From contig OZ059894.1 of assembly GCA_964057225.1 (NCBI GenBank), forward strand, positions 5,332,001 to 5,396,000: a DNA stretch of 64,000 nucleotides, written 5' to 3'. A program made the position numbers and the translations under genes. Source of the DNA: Auanema rhodensis (Eukaryota; Animalia; Nematoda). Under the pieces are notes generated by a model that was given only the letters and a program-made list of their open reading frames with translations, had not been told where the DNA came from and searched no databases. Shown piece after piece: positions 57,301 to 64,000 of this stretch (its first letter is position 1; the number at the start of each line of letters is the position of its first letter).

Positions 57301-60300
57301 ATTTATGCTAATTAAGTGTACACATGATGTGCACTTGGTATGTAACTCGCTTCACGTGGAAGATGAAGAGATGCGGTTTTCAAAATTAGATTCCCCATTT
57401 CCATATTAGTCTGAAAACAAATTTTTATTAATATTGGTGCATGGTAACCATGACTTTGAAATTTACGTGAACTTTAATTTATGCTAATTAAGTGTACACG
57501 TGATGTGCACTTGGTATGTAACTCGCTTCACGTGGAAGATGAAGAGATGCGGTTTTCAAAATTAGATTCCCCATGTCCATATTAGTCTAAAAACAAATTT
57601 TTGTTGATATTGGTGGATGGTAACCATGACTTTAAATTTTACGTGAACTTTAATTTATGCTAATTAAGTGTACACATGATGTGCACATGGTATGTAACTC
57701 GCTTCACGTGAAAGATAAAGAGATGCGGTTTTCAAAATAGATTCCCCATTTCCATATTAGTCTAAAAACAAATTTTTATTGATATTGGTGCATGGCAACC
57801 ATGACTTTAAAATTTACGTGAACTTTAATTTATGCTAATTAAGTGTACACATGATGTGCACTTGGTATGTAACTCGCTTCACGTGAAAGATAAAGAGATG
57901 CGGTTTTCAAAATAGATTCCCCATTTCCATATTAGTCTAAAAACAAATTTTTATTGATATTGGTGCATGGCAACCATGACTTTAAAATTTACGTGAACTT
58001 TAATTTATGCTAATTAAGTGTACACATGATGTGCGCTTGGTACGTAACTCGCTTCACGTGAAAGATAAAGGGATGCGGTTTTCAAAATAGATTCCCCATT
58101 TCCATATTAGTCTAAAAACAAATTTTTATTGATATTGGTGCATGGCAACCATGACTTTAAAATTTACGTGAACTTTAATTTATGCTAATTAAGTGTACAC
58201 ATGATGTGCACTTGGTATGTAACTCGCTTCACGTGGAAGATGAAGAGATGCGGTTTTCAAAATTAGATTCCCCATTTCCATATTAGTCTGAAAACAAATT
58301 TTTATTAATATTGGTGCATGGTAACCATGACTTTGAAATTTACGTGAACTTTAATTTATGCTAATTAAGTGTACACGTGATGTGCACTTGGTATGTAACT
58401 CGCTTCACGTGGAAGATGAAGAGATGCGGTTTTCAAAATTAGATTCCCCATGTCCATATTAGTCTAAAAACAAATTTTTGTTGATATTGGTGGATGGTAA
58501 CCATGACTTTGAAATTTACGTGAACTTTAATTTATGCTAATTAAGTGTACACGTGATGTGCACTTGGTATGTAACTCGCTTCACGTGAAAGATGAAGAGA
58601 TGCGGTTTTCAAAATAGATTCCCCATTTCCATATTAGTCTAAAAACAAATTTTTATTAATATTGGTGCATGGTAACCATGACTTTGAAATTTACGTGAAC
58701 TTTAATTTATGCTAATTAAGTGTGCACGTGATGTGCACTTGGTATGCAACTCGCTTCACGTGAAAGATGAAGAGATGCGGTTTTCAAAATTAGATTTCTC
58801 ATGTCCATATTAGTCTAAAAACAAATTTTTGTTGATATTGGTGGATGGTAACCATGACTTTCAAATTTACGTGAACTTCAATTTATGCTAATTAAGTGTA
58901 CACGTGATGTGCCCTTGGTATGTAACTCGCTTCACGTCAAAGATAAAGAGATGCGGTTTTCAAAATTAGATTCCCCATGTCCATATTAGTCTAAAAACAA
59001 ATTTTTATTGATATTGGTGCATGGTAACCATGACTTTGAAATTTACGTGAACTTTAATTTATGCTAATTAAGTGTACACGTGATGTGCACTTGGTATGTA
59101 ACTCGCTTCACGTGAAAGATGAAGAGATGCGGTTTTCAAAATTAGATTCCTCATGTCCATATTAGTCTAAAAACAAATTTTTGTTGATATTGGTGCATGG
59201 TAACCATGACTTTGAAATTTACGTGAACTTTAATTTATGCTAATTAAGTGTACACGTGATGTGCCCTTGGTATGTAACTCGCTTCACGTGAAAGATAAAG
59301 AGATGCGGTTTTCAAAATAGATTCCCCATTTCCATATTAGTCTAAAAACAAATTTTTATTGATATTGGTGCATGGCAACCATGACTTTAAAATTTACGTG
59401 AACTTTCATTTATGCTAATTAAGTGTACACATGATGTGCACTTGGTATGTAACTCGCTTCACGTGAAAGATAAAGAGATGCGGTTTTCAAAATAGATTCC
59501 CCATTTCCATATTAGTCTAAAAACAAATTTTTATTGATATTGGTGCATGGCAACCATGACTTTAAAATTTACGTGAACTTTAATTTATGCTAATTAAGTG
59601 TACACATGATGTGCACTTGGTATGTAACTCGCTTCACGTCAATGATAAAGAGATGCGGTTTTCAAAATTAGATTCCCCATTTCCATATTAGTCTAGAAAC
59701 GAATTTTTATTGATATTGATGCATGGTAACCATGACTTCGAAATTTACGTGAACTTTAATTTATGCTTATTAAGTGTACATGTGATATGCACTTGGTATG
59801 TAACTCGCTTCACGTCAAAGATAAAGAGATGCGGTTTTCAAAATTAGATTCCCCATGTCCATATTAGTCTAAAAACAAATTTTTATTGATATTGGTGCAT
59901 GGCAACCATGACTTTAAAATTTACGTGAACTTTAATTTATGCTAATTAAGTGTACACATGATGTGCACTTGGTATGTAACTCGCTTCACGTCAATGATAA
60001 AGAGATGCGGTTTTCAAAATTAGATTCCTCATGTCCATATAAGTCTAAAAACGAATTTTTATTGATATTGATGCATGGTAACCATGACTTCGAAATTTAC
60101 GTGAACTTTAATTTATGCTTATTAAGTGTACATGTGATGTGCACTTGGTATGTAACTCGCTTCACGTCAAAGATAAAGAGATGCGGTTTTCAAAATTAGA
60201 TTCCCCATGTCCATATTAGTCTAAAAACAAATTTTTATTGATATTGGTGCATGGTAACCATGACTTTGAAATTTACGTGAACTTTAATTTATGCTAATTA

Positions 60301-63300
60301 AGTGTACACGTGATGTGCACTTGGTATGTAACTCGCTTCACGTGAAAGATGAAGAGATGCGGTTTTCAAAATTAGATTCCCCATGTCCATATTAGTCTAA
60401 AAACAAATTTTTGTTGATATTGGTCGATGGTAACCATGACTTTGAAATTTACGTGAACTTTAATTTATGCTAATTAAGTGTACACGTGATGTGCACTTGG
60501 TATGTAACTAGCTTCACGTGAAAGATGAAGAGATGCGGTTTTCAAAATTAGATTCCCCATGTCCATATTAGTCTAAAAACAAATTTTTGTTGATATTGGT
60601 GGATGGTAACCATGACTTTCAAATTTACGTGAACTTCAATTTATGCTAATTAAGTGTACACGTGATGTGCCCTTGGTATGTAACTCGCTTCACGCCAAAG
60701 ATAAAGAGATGCGGTTTTCAAAATTAGATTCCCCATGTCCATATTAGTCTAAAAACAAATTTTTGTTGATATTGGTCGATGGTAACCATGACTTTGAAAT
60801 TTACGTGAACTTTAATTTATGCTAATTAAGTGTGCACGTGATGTGCACTTGGTATGCAACTCGCTTCACGTGAAAGATGAAGAGATGCGGTTTTCAAAAT
60901 TAGATTTCTCATGTCGATATTAGTCTAAAAACAAATTTTTGTTGATATTGGTGGATGGTAACCATGACTTCGAAATTTACGTGAACTTTAATTTATGCTT
61001 ATTAAGTGTACATGTGATGTGCACTTGGTATGTAACTCGCTTCACGTCAAAGATAAAGAGATGCGGTTTTCAAAATTAGATTCCCCATGTCCATATTAGT
61101 CTAAAAACGAATTTTTATTGATATTGATGCATGGTAACCATGACTTCGAAATTTACGTGAACTTTAATTTATGCTTATTAAGTGTACATGTGATGTGCAC
61201 TTGGTATGTAACTCGCTTCACGTGAAAGATAAAGGGATGCGGTTTTCAAAATTAGATTCCCCATGTCCATAATAGTCTAAACACAAATTTTTATTGATAT
61301 TGGTGCATGGTAACCATGACTTTAAATTTTACGTGAACTTTAATTTATGCTAATTAAGTGTACACATGATGTGCACATGGTATGTAACTCGCTTCACGTG
61401 AAAGATAAAGAGATGCGGTTTTCAAAATAGATTCCCCATTTCCATATTAGTCTAAAAACAAATTTTTATTGATATTGGTGCATGGCAACCATGACTTTAA
61501 AATTTACGTGAACTTTAATTTATGCTAATTAAGTGTACACATGATGTGCACTTGGTATGTAACTCGCTTCACGTGAAAGATAAAGAGATGCGGTTTTCAA
61601 AATAGATTCCCCATTTCCATATTAGTCTAAAAACAAATTTTTATTGATATTGGTGCATGGCAACCATGACTTTAAAATTTACGTGAACTTTAATTTATGC
61701 TAATTAAGTGTACACATGATGTGCGCTTGGTACGTAACTCGCTTCACGTGAAAGATAAAGGGATGCGGTTTTCAAAATAGATTCCCCATTTCCATATTAG
61801 TCTAAAAACAAATTTTTATTGATATTGGTGCATGGCAACCATGACTTTAAAATTTACGTGAACTTTAATTTATGCTAATTAAGTGTACACATGATGTGCA
61901 CTTGGTATGTAACTCGCTTCACGTGGAAGATGAAGAGATGCGGTTTTCAAAATTAGATTCCTCATGTCCATATTAGTCTAAAAACAAATTTTTGTTGATA
62001 TTGGTGGATGGTAACCATGACTTTGAAATTTACGTGAACTTTAATTTATGCTAATTAAGTGTACACGTGATGTGCACTTGGTATGTAACTCGCTTCACGT
62101 GAAAGATGAAGAGATGCGGTTTTCAAAATAGATTCCCCATTTCCATATTAGTCTGAAAACAAATTTTTATTAATATTGGTGCATGGTAACCATGACTTTG
62201 AAATTTACGTGAACTTTAATTTATGCTAATTAAGTGTACACGTGATGTGCACTTGGTATGTAACTCGCTTCACGTGGAAGATGAAGAGATGCGGTTTTCA
62301 AAATTAGATTCCCCATGTCCATATTAGTCTAAAAACAAATTTTTGTTGATATTGGTGGATGGTAACCATGACTTTGAAATTTACGTGAACTTTAATTTAT
62401 GCTAATTAAGTGTACACGTGATGTGCACTTGGTATGTAACTCGCTTCACGTGAAAGATGAAGAGATGCGGTTTTCAAAATAGATTCCCCATTTCCATATT
62501 AGTCTAAAAACAAATTTTTATTAATATTGGTGCATGGTAACCATGACTTTGAAATTTACGTGAACTTTAATTTATGCTAATTAAGTGTGCACGTGATGTG
62601 CACTTGGTATGCAACTCGCTTCACGTGAAAGATGAAGAGATGCGGTTTTCAAAATTAGATTTCTCATGTCCATATTAGTCTAAAAACAAATTTTTGTTGA
62701 TATTGGTGGATGGTAACCATGACTTTCAAATTTACGTGAACTTCAATTTATGCTAATTAAGTGTACACGTGATGTGCCCTTGGTATGTAACTCGCTTCAC
62801 GTCAAAGATAAAGAGATGCGGTTTTCAAAATTAGATTCCCCATGTCCATATTAGTCTAAAAACAAATTTTTATTGATATTGGTGCATGGTAACCATGACT
62901 TTGAAATTTACGTGAACTTTAATTTATGCTAATTAAGTGTACACGTGATGTGCACTTGGTATGTAACTCGCTTCACGTGAAAGATGAAGAGATGCGGTTT
63001 TCAAAATTAGATTCCTCATGTCCATATTAGTCTAAAAACAAATTTTTGTTGATATTGGTGCATGGTAACCATGACTTTGAAATTTACGTGAACTTTAATT
63101 TATGCTAATTAAGTGTACACGTGATGTGCCCTTGGTATGTAACTCGCTTCACGTGAAAGATAAAGAGATGCGGTTTTCAAAATAGATTCCCCATTTCCAT
63201 ATTAGTCTAAAAACAAATTTTTATTGATATTGGTGCATGGCAACCATGACTTTAAAATTTACGTGAACTTTCATTTATGCTAATTAAGTGTACACATGAT

Positions 63301-64000
63301 GTGCACTTGGTATGTAACTCGCTTCACGTGAAAGATAAAGAGATGCGGTTTTCAAAATAGATTCCCCATTTCCATATTAGTCTAAAAACAAATTTTTATT
63401 GATATTGGTGCATGGCAACCATGACTTTAAAATTTACGTGAACTTTAATTTATGCTAATTAAGTGTACACATGATGTGCACTTGGTATGTAACTCGCTTC
63501 ACGTCAATGATAAAGAGATGCGGTTTTCAAAATTAGATTCCTCATGTCCATATAAGTCTAGAAACGAATTTTTATTGATATTGATGCATGGTAACCATGA
63601 CTTCGAAATTTACGTGAACTTTAATTTATGCTTATTAAGTGTACATGTGATATGCACTTGGTATGTAACTCGCTTCACGTCAAAGATAAAGAGATGCGGT
63701 TTTCAAAATTAGATTCCCCATGTCCATATTAGTCTAAAAACAAATTTTTATTGATATTGGTGCATGGCAACCATGACTTTAAAATTTACGTGAACTTTAA
63801 TTTATGCTAATTAAGTGTACACATGATGTGCACTTGGTATGTAACTCGCTTCACGTCAATGATAAAGAGATGCGGTTTTCAAAATTAGATTCCTCATGTC
63901 CATATAAGTCTAAAAACGAATTTTTATTGATATTGATGCATGGTAACCATGACTTCGAAATTTACGTGAACTTTAATTTATGCTTATTAAGTGTACATGT
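54317..64000. repeat. Composite HOR: 30-mer (5270 bp) followed by a related 22-mer (3865 bp)
   Basis: tggtcgatgg 55151/60421, cacgccaaag 55421/60691, atgtcgatat 55641/60911 and ORFs 54669/59939 are all 5270 apart. 59939-63804 and 58724-62589 are 3865. Confidence 0.85.

Larger units (their letters stand above)
1..64000. repeat. Tandem satellite DNA array, 175/176-bp monomer, ~364 copies, centromere-like, runs off both window edges
   Basis: The motif atgct(a/t)attaagtgtaca recurs at 25, 200, 376, 551, 726 ... 63804, 63980, in steps of 175 or 176 bp. Monomers differ only by a few substitutions and 1-bp deletions (mainly caaaattag vs caaaatag). No non-repeat sequence or orientation switch seen. 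Confidence 0.99.

Noticed and set aside
200-63712. About 40 near-identical 60-100 aa ORFs (MLIKCTHDVHLVCNSLHVNDKEMRFSKLDSS...)
   Set aside because: They appear only where a monomer variant removes in-frame stops (ataag instead of attag). They shift frame into the next monomer because 176 is not a multiple of 3, and they show no recognisable domain or gene context. Useful only as HOR markers.
1-64000. CRISPR array
   Set aside because: No unique spacers: the whole 176-bp unit repeats, and there are no cas genes.
1-64000. Tandem 5S rRNA, tRNA, snRNA or spliced-leader RNA gene cluster
   Set aside because: No recognisable 5S or tRNA sequence, Pol III A/B/C boxes or spliced-leader exon. An Rfam/Infernal scan would be the formal test.
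1-64000. Assignment to Brassica CentBr, Arabidopsis CEN178, primate alpha satellite or another named ~176-bp family
   Set aside because: Similar length only. I recognise no sequence similarity and cannot run a search.
1-64000. Rolling-circle or sequencing concatemer artefact
   Set aside because: Variants are linked into discrete classes and nested hierarchically at exact offsets, which random errors on a single template would not produce. Individual near-identical duplications still need read validation.

Overview
The entire 64 kb window is one uninterrupted, head-to-tail, single-orientation satellite DNA array. It holds about 364 copies of an AT-rich (~32% GC by hand count) 175/176-bp monomer. 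Consensus phased on the ATG: atgctaattaagtgtacacatgatgtgcacttggtatgtaactcgcttcacgtgaaagataaagagatgcggttttcaaaattagattccccatgtccatattagtctaaaaacaaatttttattgatattggtgcatggtaaccatgactttgaaatttacgtgaactttaattt. The monomer length, homogeneity and higher-order repeat (HOR) organisation look like a eukaryotic centromeric or pericentromeric satellite. I cannot assign it to a named family or species, and centromere function is inference only. I found no genes, RNA genes, transposons or CRISPR array; all listed ORFs are by-products of repeat variants. The information lies in the arrangement of variants. A small set of monomer classes is arranged into local HORs whose period shifts along the array: 10-mer, then 16-mer (with 7-mer and 13-mer derivatives), then 4/8/7/17-mer, then 9/20/30/22-mer. 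There are also long-range (10 kb and 31 kb) block copies, mappable recombinant monomers, a nested mutation ladder, a strong CpG/TpG/CpA polymorphism pattern, and a concentric inverted repeat (foldback) in each unit. All spacings were derived by hand from marker positions.
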